Made by a program: the position numbers and the translations under genes. The notes under the pieces are model-generated. The model was given only the letters and a program-made list of their open reading frames with translations. It ran no database searches and was not told where the DNA came from. A stretch of DNA of 64,000 bases from an uncultured Acidobacteriota bacterium (GTDB taxonomy: Bacteria > Acidobacteriota > UBA6911): positions 32,001-96,000 of the forward strand of contig CAWHCF010000042.1 of NCBI GenBank assembly GCA_963827655.1, read 5' to 3'. This document shows, in pieces, positions 11,238-21,141 of this stretch. The first letter of the stretch is position 1; the number at the start of each line of letters is the position of its first letter.

Positions 11238-14200
11238 TCGCCGAGAGCATTGAGAAACTGTCGAACGTCCACTCGTCCGAGAACCCTTTCCCCGGACTGC
11301 GTCCGTTCGAGCTTCACGAGAGCCATCTATTTTTCGGGCGCGAGGGGCAGAGCGAAAAGCTGCTGGCTAAACTCGAGGCCACGCGCTTCCTGGCAGTCGT
11401 CGGCACGTCGGGGAGCGGCAAATCGTCGCTCGTGCGCGCGGGGCTCGTGCCCGCGTTGTTGGGCGGGATGATGGTCAGCGCCGGATCTAACTGGCGCGTC
11501 GCCCTGCTGCGCCCGAGCAATGATCCGATCGGCAATCTGGCGCGGGCGCTTGAGCTCGCCCGAGGTCTTCGGCTCGGACATTTCGGAGAATGCGGAGAGC
11601 CAGGCACGGGTCGCTGAAGCGACGCTGCGGCGCGGCAATCTCGGGCTGGTCGAGGCCGTGCGGCTGGCATTGCAGACCGCGGACGAGAATCTGCTGGTGG
11701 TCGTCGATCAGTTCGAGGAATTGTTCAGGTTCGCGCGCGAGGCCGAGAGTACGCGCTACGAAAACGACGCGGCGGCTTTCGTTAAACTGCTGCTCGAACC
11801 CTCGCGCCAATACCAGTTGGAGCAGGAAGAACTGCGCCGGAAATTACAGTCCATCGAAGGCTTACTTCGGCACCAGAAGCTGAGTCACGAAGAAGCTCGT
11901 CGAGAGGAAGCTTCAGTCCGGGAAGAAGCCCGCAAGCGTGACGCTGAGAATTTACGTCGTGCTGACGATGCGGTCGGATTTTCTGGGCGATTGCGCGAAG
12001 TTCTGGGATTTGCCCGAAGCCGTCAACGAGAGCCAGTACCTGATCCCGCGCCTGACCCGCCATCAACTGCGCGAGGCTATCGCCGGCCCGGTCGCCGTCG
12101 GCGGCGGCCAGATCGCGCCCCGCTTAGTCAATCAATTGCTCAATGATATAGGCGATAACCAGGATCAGTTACCCGTGCTGCAACACGCGCTGATGCGGAC
12201 GTGGGGCGAATGCAAGCAACGGAAGCACGACCACGTAGCCGCACCCGGTGAAATTGATGTGTGCTGTTACGAAGCAATCGGCGGGATGAAGGAGGGGCTC
12301 TCCCGCCACGCCGGCGAAGCTTACAGCGAACTCGACGCGGCGTCATCAGAAGATCGCCGAAAGGATGTTCAAAGCTTTGACCGAGAGGGGTGAGGACAAC
12401 CGCGAAATTCGTCGCCCGGCGACACTTGGCGCGCTCGCCGCCATCGCGGATGCCGGCGAGGACGAGGTCAAAACAGTTATCGAAAAGTTTCGCCAACCGG
12501 GCCGGTCGTTCCTGATGCCGCCCGCCGGGACGCCGCTGCATTCTGACACCTTGATTGACATCTCGCACGAAAGCCTGATCCGCGTGTGGAAAATATTGCA
12601 GCAGTGGGTTAATGAAGAGGCCGAATCGGCGACCATCTACCGCCGGTTGGCTGAAACCGCGGCGCTGCACGGCAAAGGCGAAGCCGAACTGTTGGGCAAG
12701 CTCGATCTGAAGCCGGTGTTGAAATGGCGGAAGAAGAACGAGCCGAACCCGCATTGGGCCGCGCGATACGAATCCGGCCTGCGCTACAAATCGGACCTGC
12801 CGGCGGCGCTGGCCTTTCTCGAAGCGAGCAAAAAGAACCGCGCGGACGAGATTGCCGAGCGCCGGCGGAGCAGGAGGGAGAAGGCGGAGCAAGGCCAGCG
12901 CCAGTTGGCGCAGGCGCAGGCCCTGGCCGAAGCACAGTCTCAGGCGGCGGACGCCGAACGGCAAAAGGCAGAAGAGCAGACTAAAGCGGCAAGCCGATTA
13001 CGGCGCTTCCTGGCGGCATTGGTCGTTGCGGCTTTGTTGGCGCTCGTGGCTGCGGGCCTCGCTCTCTCGGCGTACCGCCGCGCCAATGCAGAAAAAGCCA
13101 ACGCGAACAGACAAAAGGAGATTGCCGAAAACAGAAGAGAGGCCGAGCAGCCAAAGGGATGCACTTGATCAAAAGACCATAGCCGAGGAGAAAGACAAAA
13201 GCCGAAGACGAGAGAGGCTGAAAGCACGCGACGCGCGGCAACAAACTGAGGCAGCGAACAACGCAACTAGAGAAACGGAACGGCAAAAGCAACTGGCTGA
13301 TAGCACAGCCTACATCGCAAATATGAATCTTTCTCGGTCTGAGTTCGAAAGAGGCAATCATCAAAGGGGGTTTGAGTTACTTGACGCATATCTGCCTGCA
13401 ACCAACGCAGCGCAAGATCAGAGTGGTTTGCGGAGCTTCTATTGGTATTACCTCTGGCGACAAAACAATAGGGATTACACGCTCACCGGGCATGGGGACT
13501 TCTGTCTTGTCAGTGGCGTTCGCGCCGGACGGGCGGACGCTGGCCAGTGCGAGTGGGGACAAGTCGGTGAAGCTGTGGGACGTGCAGAGCCGCAAGGAAG
13601 TGGCCACGCTCACCGGGCATGGGGCTGTTGTCATGTCAGTGGCGTTCGCGCCGGACGGGCGGACGCTGGCCAGTGCGCAGTGGGGACAAGTCGGTGAAGC
13701 TGTGGGACGTGCAGAGCCGCAAGGAAGTGGCCACGCTCACCGGGCATGGGAGCTTCTGTCAGGTCAGTGGCGTTCGCGCCGGACGGGCGGACGCTGGCCA
13801 GTGCGAGTGAGGACAAGTCGGTGAAGCTGTGGGACGTGCAGAGCCGCAAGGAAGCTGGCCACGCTCACCGGGCACGGGGCTGCTGTCAGGTCAGTGGCGT
13901 TCGCGCCGGACGGGCGGACGCTGGCCAGTGCGAGTTAGGACAAGTCGGTGAAGCTGTGGGACGTGCAGAGCCGCAAGGAAGTGGCCACGCTCACCGGGCA
14001 TGGGGCTTATGTCTATGTCAGTGGCGTTCGCGCCGGACGGGCGGACGCTGGCCAGTGCGAGTGCGGACAAGTCGGTGAAGCTGTGGGACGTGCAGAGCCG
14101 CAAGGAAGTGGCCACGCTCACCGGGCATGGGAATGCTGTCTGGTCAGTGGCGTTCGCGCCGGACGGGCGGACGCTGGCCAGTGCGAGTGGGGACAAGTCG

Positions 14201-15274
14201 GTGAAGCTGTGGGACGTGCAGAGCCGCAAGGAAGCTGGCCACGCTCACCGGGCATGCGGACTCATGTCTGGTCAGTGGCGTTCGCGCCGGACGGGCGGAC
14301 GCTGGCCAGTGCGAGTGGGGACAAGTCGGTGAAGCTGTGGGACGTGCAGAGCCGCAAGGAAGCTGGCCACGCTCACCGGGCATGGGGATGATGTCTGGTC
14401 AGTGGCGTTCGCGCCGGACGGGCGGACGCTGGCCAGTGCGAGTGCGGACAAGTCGGTGAAGCTGTGGGACGTGCAGAGCCGCAAGGAAGCTGGCCACGCT
14501 CACCGGGCATGGGGATGCTGTCTGGTCAGTGGCGTTCGCGCCGGACGGGCGGACGCTGGCCAGTGCGAGTGAGGACAAGTCGGTGAAGCTGTGGGACGTG
14601 CAGAGCCGCAAGGAAGCTGGCCACGCTCACCGGGCACGGGGATGATGTCATGGTCAGTGGCGTTCGCGCCGGACGGGCGGACGCTGGCCAGTGCGAGTGA
14701 TGACAAGTCGGTGAAGCTGTGGGACGTGCAGAGCCGCAAGGAAGTGGCCACGCTCACCGGGCACGGGGATTATGTCAGGTCAGTGGCGTTCGCGCCGGAC
14801 GGGCGGACGCTGGCCAGTGCGAGTGCTGACAAGTCGGTGAAGCTGTGGGACGTGCAGAGCCGCAAGGAAGCTGGCCACGCTCACCGGGCATGGGGATTCT
14901 GTCTGGTCAGTGGCGTTCGCGCCGGACGGGCGGACGCTGGCCAGTGCGAGTGAGGACAAGTCGGTGAAGCTGTGGGACGTGCAGAGCCGCAAGGAAGTGG
15001 CCACGCTCACCGGGCACGGGAGTGCTGTCAGGTCAGTGGCGTTCGCGCCGGACGGGCGGACGCTGGCCAGTGCGAGTGATGACAAGTCGGTGAAGCTGTG
15101 GGACGTGCAGAGCCGCAAGGAAGTGGCCACGCTCACCGGGCATGGGGCTCTGTCTTGTCAGTGGCGTTCGCGCCGGACGGGCGGACGCTGGCCAGTGCGA
15201 GTGCTGACAAGTCGGTGAAGCTGTGGGATGGAGCTACAGACAAAGACATTGAGGACTATAAACCGAGGAAATGA
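11234..15274 (+). CDS. nSTAND1-type NTPase - coiled coil - TM helix - 14xWD40 receptor (NLR-like); many apparent indels and one in-frame TAG in the consensus
   Basis: NPFPGLRPF...FFGRE, Walker [10 protein letters not shown], Walker [38 protein letters not shown]; [22 protein letters not shown]; GH...WD repeats; ATGA overlap with TIR gene; stop TGA 15272-15274. Confidence 0.85.
13479..15229 (+). repeat. Tandem array of 14 near-identical 126-nt WD40-coding repeats
   Basis: Unit starts at 13479, 13606, 13733, 13861, 13987, 14114, 14241, 14369, 14496, 14623, 14750, 14877, 15003, 15129. Confidence 0.97.
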
Positions 15275-15429
15275 GGCAAAAAGAGTCAGGAGTGGGCGCG
15301 GCCTTGGCAATGATCTACTGCGCTTTCATCCCACGTCCTTACCAAAAACTCCATGTGTCTCCCAGGATTCCTTTCAGCTCGCGGGCGCAGTTCTGGGATA
15401 TGTGGCTGGTGGTGCGGGACGCCGGGGCA

Positions 15430-15780
15430 ATGCACAAGCGATGGCCGCGAGTGTTCACGAGGGCATTTCGTGAACAGTGTAGTGGGCCGACTACCCCACC
15501 AGGAAATCCATGTGATTCTGGATAACCTGAGCACCTGCAAACCCAAGGAAAACAGCTGGCTCTCTCGGCACACAAGAATGTTCATCTCCACTACACACCG
15601 ATCCACGCTTCCTGGCTCCGCCAGGTGGAGATTTGATTTAGCATCTTGAGTGGCCGCGCCCTTAGAGGAGCAAGCTTTATTCCACCTCGCCAAGTCCGGG
15701 AACCCATCGATCGATATGTCGAAGTCCACAACCAAGAGGCTACACCTTTTGAATGGCGTAAGAGATTGTTCATCAGAACC
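15430..15780 (+). mobile_element. Degenerate IS630-family transposase fragment
   Basis: EIHVILDNLST..K, HYTPIHASWLRQVEI*FSIL, RALRGASF, PFEW spread over shifting frames. Confidence 0.75.
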
Positions 15781-15834
15781 CACTCGCATAAATACTCTAG
15801 CGTTACTCAGGTACTGGCCGTGTCCTCGAGAGAA

Positions 15835-15984
15835 TGCTCTTCGGTGTTACGGTGTTGCGCCCTCCGACACCCTCGCGTTTGCCAGTACGGCACTGGTTCT
15901 CGTTGCGGCAGCCATTGTCGCGAGTCTCATCCAAGCGTGGCCGCCGCCCGCGTCGATCGGGTCACTGCACTGCGCCTGGCGTGA
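15835..15984 (+). pseudogene. C-terminal remnant of an ABC (FtsX/ADOP-type) permease
   Basis: YGVAPSDTLAFA...VAAAIVASLI.AW and ARVDRVTALR resemble the C-terminus of the intact permease at 37089 ([12 protein letters not shown]...[12 protein letters not shown]). Confidence 0.6.
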
Positions 15985-16383
15985 GGGCCCTCAAGGCTCG
16001 CTGGCCTGTTGCCTGACCCGAGTAAGGCTCAGCGCCAAAACCTGTTTCGCGGTTTCAGTAGGCACGCCAGGCTTCCTCAATGGCCTCGATAGATCGCAAG
16101 TAGCGCCGCAGGGTTTACTAATCGCAGTTCACTTGGACGTAGTAGGCGGCTTACCGGACAAGTGGCGATTCACGTGGTGGTCCCTTCTGACCCGCCCCTG
16201 CGGTTTGGACGATTTCCAGAACTTGAGTTTAAGTAGCTCGATAGATGCACGCTGAATAGGGTCGCGGAAGGTGGAAAGGCGAATGAATATGCCGGACGCA
16301 ATACTCCGGGTATCCGGGCGGCTCGCGCGGAACAGTTGAAACGCGGCGCCGGAGGTGCTACAAGTGGGTTTGTGAAAAACGGC

Positions 16384-19300
16384 ATGAGGTCCCGCGCGGC
16401 ACTCCACCTACTTACGGCCGGCCTCGTCTGGCTATCCTGGACCGGCTTCGGCCGCGCACTCGCTCCGGCGCAGAGTCCCGGTCAGGAGGTCAAGTTCAAC
16501 CGGGACATCCGGCCCATCCTCTCCGACACCTGCTTCCCCTGCCATGGTCCAGATAAGTCGAAACGAATAACGGAACTGCGCTTCGACACCGAAGCCGGCG
16601 CGTTTGCCGACCTCGGGAAGTATCGCGCAATTGTTCCCGGCGATCGGGCGAAGAGCGAGATGTTCCGGCGCATCAGCGCAGAGGACGATACCGTGCGGAT
16701 GCCACCCGTCCGTTCGGGGCGCCAGTTGACCCGAGCGCAGATCGAGCTGATCGGGCGCTGGATCGACCAGGGGGCGAAGTGGCAAAAACACTGGTCCTTC
16801 ATCCCGCCCGAACGGCCTGAACTTCCTCCGGTGCAGAACAAGAAGTGGGCGCGCAATGAGATCGATTCATTTGTGCTCGAACGACTCGAACGCGAAGGTC
16901 TCGCGCCGTCGGCTGAAGCCGATCCGACTACTCTGATTCGCCGGCTCACCCTGGATTTGACCGGCCTCCCACCCACGCCGTCAGAGGTCGAGGCCTTTCT
17001 TGCTGACGGCTCGAAAGACGCGTATGAGAAAGTGGTCGACCGCCTCTTGCAATCGCCTCGCTACGGCGAACGCATGGCGACGCGCTGGCTCGACGCCGCG
17101 CGCTATGCCGACACCAACGGTTACCAGAGCGACGGCGAACGATTCATGTGGCGCTGGCGCGACTGGGTGATTGATGCGTTCAACCGGAACATGCCTTTTG
17201 ACCGCTTCACCATCGAACAGATTGCCGGCGACATGCTTCCCCAGGCCACTCTCGAACAGAAGATCGCGACCGGCTTCAATCGCAACCACCGGGGAAATGG
17301 CGAGGGGGGCGTGATTCCGGAAGAGTATGCCGTCGAGTACGTGGTCGATCGGGTCGACACGACATTCACGGTCTGGCAGGGGCTCACCATGGGATGCGCC
17401 CGCTGCCACGACCACAAGTATGATCCGATCACCCAGAAGGAGTTCTATCAGGTTTACGCCTTCTTCAACAATATCCCTGAAAAAGGGAAGGCAGTGAAAT
17501 TCGGCAACTCTCCTCCCGTGATCAAGGCTCCCACACCGCAACAGCAGATCAAGCTCACGGAACTCGACCAGAAGCTGGCCGCCGCCCGGAGCGCTTTCAC
17601 CAGGCTCGAGCCGGAGCTGGTTGCGGCACAGACGCGATGGGAGAAGTCGCTTGACGCCAGCCGTCCAATCGATTGGGCTCCCGCTACCGACCTGTCGGCG
17701 CACTATCCCCTGGACGGAGATGCAGTGGATCATTGCCTCGATTCCAAGGGCAAGAAGCCTGGCGAGGGAAAGTTTGAAAACGGCCAACCGGCGTTTGTTC
17801 CCGGCCGAGTCGGGCAGGCCGGGAATTTTGACGGCCAGGGATTCATCAACGCAGGCGATGTAGCCGATTTCGGCTTTTACGACAAGTTCTCGCTCGGCGC
17901 GTGGATCCACCCCACGGGAGAACAGGGTGGCGCGGTACTGTCACGAATGACCGAAACCGACAGAGCCGAGGGATACAGTCTTTACCTGGAAAAGGACAGA
18001 ATCCAGCTGAACCTATCGAAGCGCTGGCTGGACGATTCACTACGCGTCGAGGCCGAGAGCCCATTGGCGCCCAACCGCTGGCATCACGTGATGGCGACCT
18101 ACGATGGCTCACGCGTGGCAACGGGCGTGAAGATCTACGTCAATGGAAAACTCCAGAACCTCAAGATCAACCTCGACGACCTGAACCAGTCGTTCAAGTC
18201 AAAGGAACCGTTTCGGATTGGCTCCCTGGGCGGGACTGACGGCCGTTTCCATGGCTACATCGACGACGTGCGGGTTTACAGCCGGGCCCTCTCGGATGAA
18301 GAAGTCGAAATGATCGCGACATCCGATTCCATCACCGCCATCGCCGCTCTTCCTCGGGATCAGCGGACCAAACGGCAGGCGACGAAGATCCACCGATATT
18401 TTCTGGAAGCGGCCGCACCGGAGGCGATCCGGCAAACGTGGCGCGATTTGGTGGCCGCTCGCGTCGAGCGCGAGCAGTTTTTCGAGACCATTCCCACGAC
18501 CATGGTCATGGAGGAAATGGCAACGCCACGCGAGACCGCGGTCCTGATTCGGGGCGCCTACGATAAACCCGGGCAGAAGGTGACCGCGGGCGTGCCGGTG
18601 AGTTTGGCGCCCCTCCCTGACGGCGTGAAAAACGACCGCCTCGCTCTGGCGCGATGGCTGGCCGATCCCTCGAACCCGCTCACTGCGCGAGTCGCAGTCA
18701 ATCGAAACTGGCAGATGTATTTCGGCACGGGCCTGGTGAAGACTGTCGACGACTTCGGCTCGCAGGGAGAATCGCCCAGCCACCCGGAACTTCTCGACTG
18801 GCTGGCCACGGAGTTCGTCCGGACCGGCTGGGACGTCAAGAAACTACAGAAGACCATCGTCACGAGCGCCACGTACCGCCAGGCTTCAAGGGTAACCCCG
18901 GCGCTGCTCCAGAAGGATCCAGAGAACCGGCTGCTGGCGCGCGGACCGAGGCTGCGTTTGGCGGCTGAGATAATTCGAGATCAGGCGCTGTCCGCGAGCG
19001 GGCTGCTGGTGGAGAAGATCGGCGGGCCCTCGGTCCGGCCTTACCAGCCCGCTGGACTGTGGAAGGAGCTCACCGGAGGTGAAGACTACAAGGCTGACCA
19101 CGGGGAAAACCTGTACCGGCGCAGCCTGTACACCTTCTGGAAGCGGACGATTCCTCCGCCGATGCTGACGACGTTTGACGCGCCGGCGCGCGAAACCTGC
19201 GTCGTGCGCGAGACACGGACGAACACCCCGCTCCAGGCGCTCAGCCTCATGAATGACGTGACGTACGTGGAGGCGGCGCGAGTGCTGGCTCAACGCGTCA

Positions 19301-19569
19301 TGAAAGAGGCTTCGACTCCCGCGGCACGCGTATCGCTCGCGTTCCGCCTGGTCACGGCTCGCCCGCCCCGCGACAGCGAGCTTAAAGTGATGCTCGAAGG
19401 GTTGGAGCATAACCTGGCCCAGTACCGGAGTGATAAAAGTGGGGCGTCAAAGCTGATTCGCGTGGGGGATTCGGCGCCGGACGAAAAGCTCGACCCGAGT
19501 GAACTGGCCGCCTACGCCGCCGTGGCAAGCTTGATCCTGAACCTCGACGAGACGGTCACGAAGGAATAG
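16384..19569 (+). CDS. Planctomycete cytochrome c + DUF1549 + LamG + DUF1553 (PSD1) protein
   Basis: [41 protein letters not shown], LamG-like insert ([10 protein letters not shown]), TNTPLQAL. Confidence 0.9.
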   Translation: MRSRAALHLLTAGLVWLSWTGFGRALAPAQSPGQEVKFNRDIRPILSDTCFPCHGPDKSKRITELRFDTEAGAFADLGKYRAIVPGDRAKSEMFRRISAEDDTVRMPPVRSGRQLTRAQIELIGRWIDQGAKWQKHWSFIPPERPELPPVQNKKWARNEIDSFVLERLEREGLAPSAEADPTTLIRRLTLDLTGLPPTPSEVEAFLADGSKDAYEKVVDRLLQSPRYGERMATRWLDAARYADTNGYQSDGERFMWRWRDWVIDAFNRNMPFDRFTIEQIAGDMLPQATLEQKIATGFNRNHRGNGEGGVIPEEYAVEYVVDRVDTTFTVWQGLTMGCARCHDHKYDPITQKEFYQVYAFFNNIPEKGKAVKFGNSPPVIKAPTPQQQIKLTELDQKLAAARSAFTRLEPELVAAQTRWEKSLDASRPIDWAPATDLSAHYPLDGDAVDHCLDSKGKKPGEGKFENGQPAFVPGRVGQAGNFDGQGFINAGDVADFGFYDKFSLGAWIHPTGEQGGAVLSRMTETDRAEGYSLYLEKDRIQLNLSKRWLDDSLRVEAESPLAPNRWHHVMATYDGSRVATGVKIYVNGKLQNLKINLDDLNQSFKSKEPFRIGSLGGTDGRFHGYIDDVRVYSRALSDEEVEMIATSDSITAIAALPRDQRTKRQATKIHRYFLEAAAPEAIRQTWRDLVAARVEREQFFETIPTTMVMEEMATPRETAVLIRGAYDKPGQKVTAGVPVSLAPLPDGVKNDRLALARWLADPSNPLTARVAVNRNWQMYFGTGLVKTVDDFGSQGESPSHPELLDWLATEFVRTGWDVKKLQKTIVTSATYRQASRVTPALLQKDPENRLLARGPRLRLAAEIIRDQALSASGLLVEKIGGPSVRPYQPAGLWKELTGGEDYKADHGENLYRRSLYTFWKRTIPPPMLTTFDAPARETCVVRETRTNTPLQALSLMNDVTYVEAARVLAQRVMKEASTPAARVSLAFRLVTARPPRDSELKVMLEGLEHNLAQYRSDKSGASKLIRVGDSAPDEKLDPSELAAYAAVASLILNLDETVTKE

Positions 19570-19585
19570 GCCCGAGGAGCCAAGA

Positions 19586-21058
19586 ATGAGTCCGCTGCTT
19601 GAAAAACGGCTGCTGGTCACACGCCGGCATTTTTTTGGCCTTACCAGCCTCGGTCTTGGCACGGCGGCACTCGCGTCCTTGCTTAACCGGGATCTTCTGG
19701 CGGCACAGGGGCCGGGGACCGGTGACGGTGGAGCGCCGTCCGGCGGTCTTCCCGGGCTGCCCCATTTCGCGCCCAAAGCCAAACGTGTGATTTACCTGTT
19801 CCAGTCGGGCGCGCCGTCGCAAATGGACCTGTTCGACTACAAGGCCAAGCTCAAAGATTTTGCGGCTAAGGAGTTGCCTGACTCTATCAGGATGGGGCAG
19901 CGGTTGACCGGGATGACGGCAACCCAGTCGAGCTTCCCTGTCGCTCCCTCAATTTTCAAGTTCGCCCAGCACGGAGACTCCGGAGCCTGGGTCAGCGACC
20001 TGCTGCCGCATACAGCCCGGATCGTAGACCAGTTGAGCTTCATCAAGTCGATGCACACGGAGGCGATCAACCACGACCCGGCGATTACATTTTTTCAGAC
20101 CGGCGCGCAGCTGGCGGGCCGCCCGAGTATCGGCGCCTGGTTGTCCTACGGGCTTGGGAGCGACACTCATGATCTTCCTGGCTTTGTCGTCATGGTCTCG
20201 CAAGGATCTACTGGCGGAGATCAGCCACTCTACGACCGGCTCTGGGGGAGCGGTTTCCTCCCGACCAAGTATCAGGGGGTGAAGTTTCGATCAGTGGGTG
20301 ATCCGGTGCTCTATTTGTCGAACCCTCCGGGTCTCGGGGAGGGTACCCGGCGGCGAATGCTCGACGATCTGGCGAAAATGAATCAGTTGAAGCTTCAGGA
20401 GTTCGGAGATTCCGAAATTGCAACCCGCATCGCGCAGTACGAAATGGCGTTTCGCATGCAGACGTCAGTTCCGGAACTGACCGACCTGTCGAAGGAACCG
20501 GAGCAAGTCTTCGAACTCTATGGACCCGACTCAAAAAAACCGGGGACCTATGCCGCCAACTGCCTTCTGGCCCGCCGCCTTGCCGAGCGCGGTGTCCGTT
20601 TCATCCAGCTGTTTCATCGCGGTTGGGATCAGCACACGACCCTGCCCAAGGGGATCACGGCTCAGTGCCACGACACCGACCAGGCATCCGCCGCGCTTAT
20701 CCTGGACTTGAAGCAACGAGGCCTGCTCGACGACACGCTGGTTGTCTGGGGAGGGGAGTTTGGCCGAACCGTCTACTGCCAGGGTAAGCTCACGGCTGAC
20801 GATTACGGACGCGACCACCATCCACGCTGCTTCACCGTCTGGATGGCCGGCGGCGGCATCAAACCAGGCCTCAGCTACGGCGAAACCGATGACTACTGTT
20901 ACAACATCGTGCGCGATCCGGTCGACGTGCACGACCTGAATGCCACCATTCTGCATTGCCTGGGAATCGACCACACGAAGCTGACGTTCAAATATCAGGG
21001 ACGTCACCACCGGCTCACCGATGTGGGCGGACACATCGTCGATAAACTCCTGACCTAG
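19586..21058 (+). CDS. DUF1501 domain protein (Tat-exported)
   Basis: TRRHFF; [22 protein letters not shown]; GEFGRT; GRDHHP. Confidence 0.9.
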   Translation: MSPLLEKRLLVTRRHFFGLTSLGLGTAALASLLNRDLLAAQGPGTGDGGAPSGGLPGLPHFAPKAKRVIYLFQSGAPSQMDLFDYKAKLKDFAAKELPDSIRMGQRLTGMTATQSSFPVAPSIFKFAQHGDSGAWVSDLLPHTARIVDQLSFIKSMHTEAINHDPAITFFQTGAQLAGRPSIGAWLSYGLGSDTHDLPGFVVMVSQGSTGGDQPLYDRLWGSGFLPTKYQGVKFRSVGDPVLYLSNPPGLGEGTRRRMLDDLAKMNQLKLQEFGDSEIATRIAQYEMAFRMQTSVPELTDLSKEPEQVFELYGPDSKKPGTYAANCLLARRLAERGVRFIQLFHRGWDQHTTLPKGITAQCHDTDQASAALILDLKQRGLLDDTLVVWGGEFGRTVYCQGKLTADDYGRDHHPRCFTVWMAGGGIKPGLSYGETDDYCYNIVRDPVDVHDLNATILHCLGIDHTKLTFKYQGRHHRLTDVGGHIVDKLLT

Positions 21059-21141
21059 CGCGTTTCTTATCTTGGAGTACTAGTGGCTTAGTGTGAGCGC
21101 GAACAAGAACTAACCTCCAAGACGCGAAGGCCCGAAGCAAG

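Noticed and set aside
13479-15229. Diversity-generating retroelement acting on the WD40 array (NNT-like variable codons)
   Set aside because: No reverse transcriptase or template repeat in the window, and many adenines, including synonymous ones (TCA, GAA), are invariant; a remote DGR cannot be fully excluded
13479-15229. CRISPR array
   Set aside because: Units are 126-nt coding repeats without unique spacers, and no cas genes are present
15990-16335. ORFs or ncRNA between the IS630 debris and the PSD1 gene
   Set aside because: No recognisable motif, RBS or stable structure
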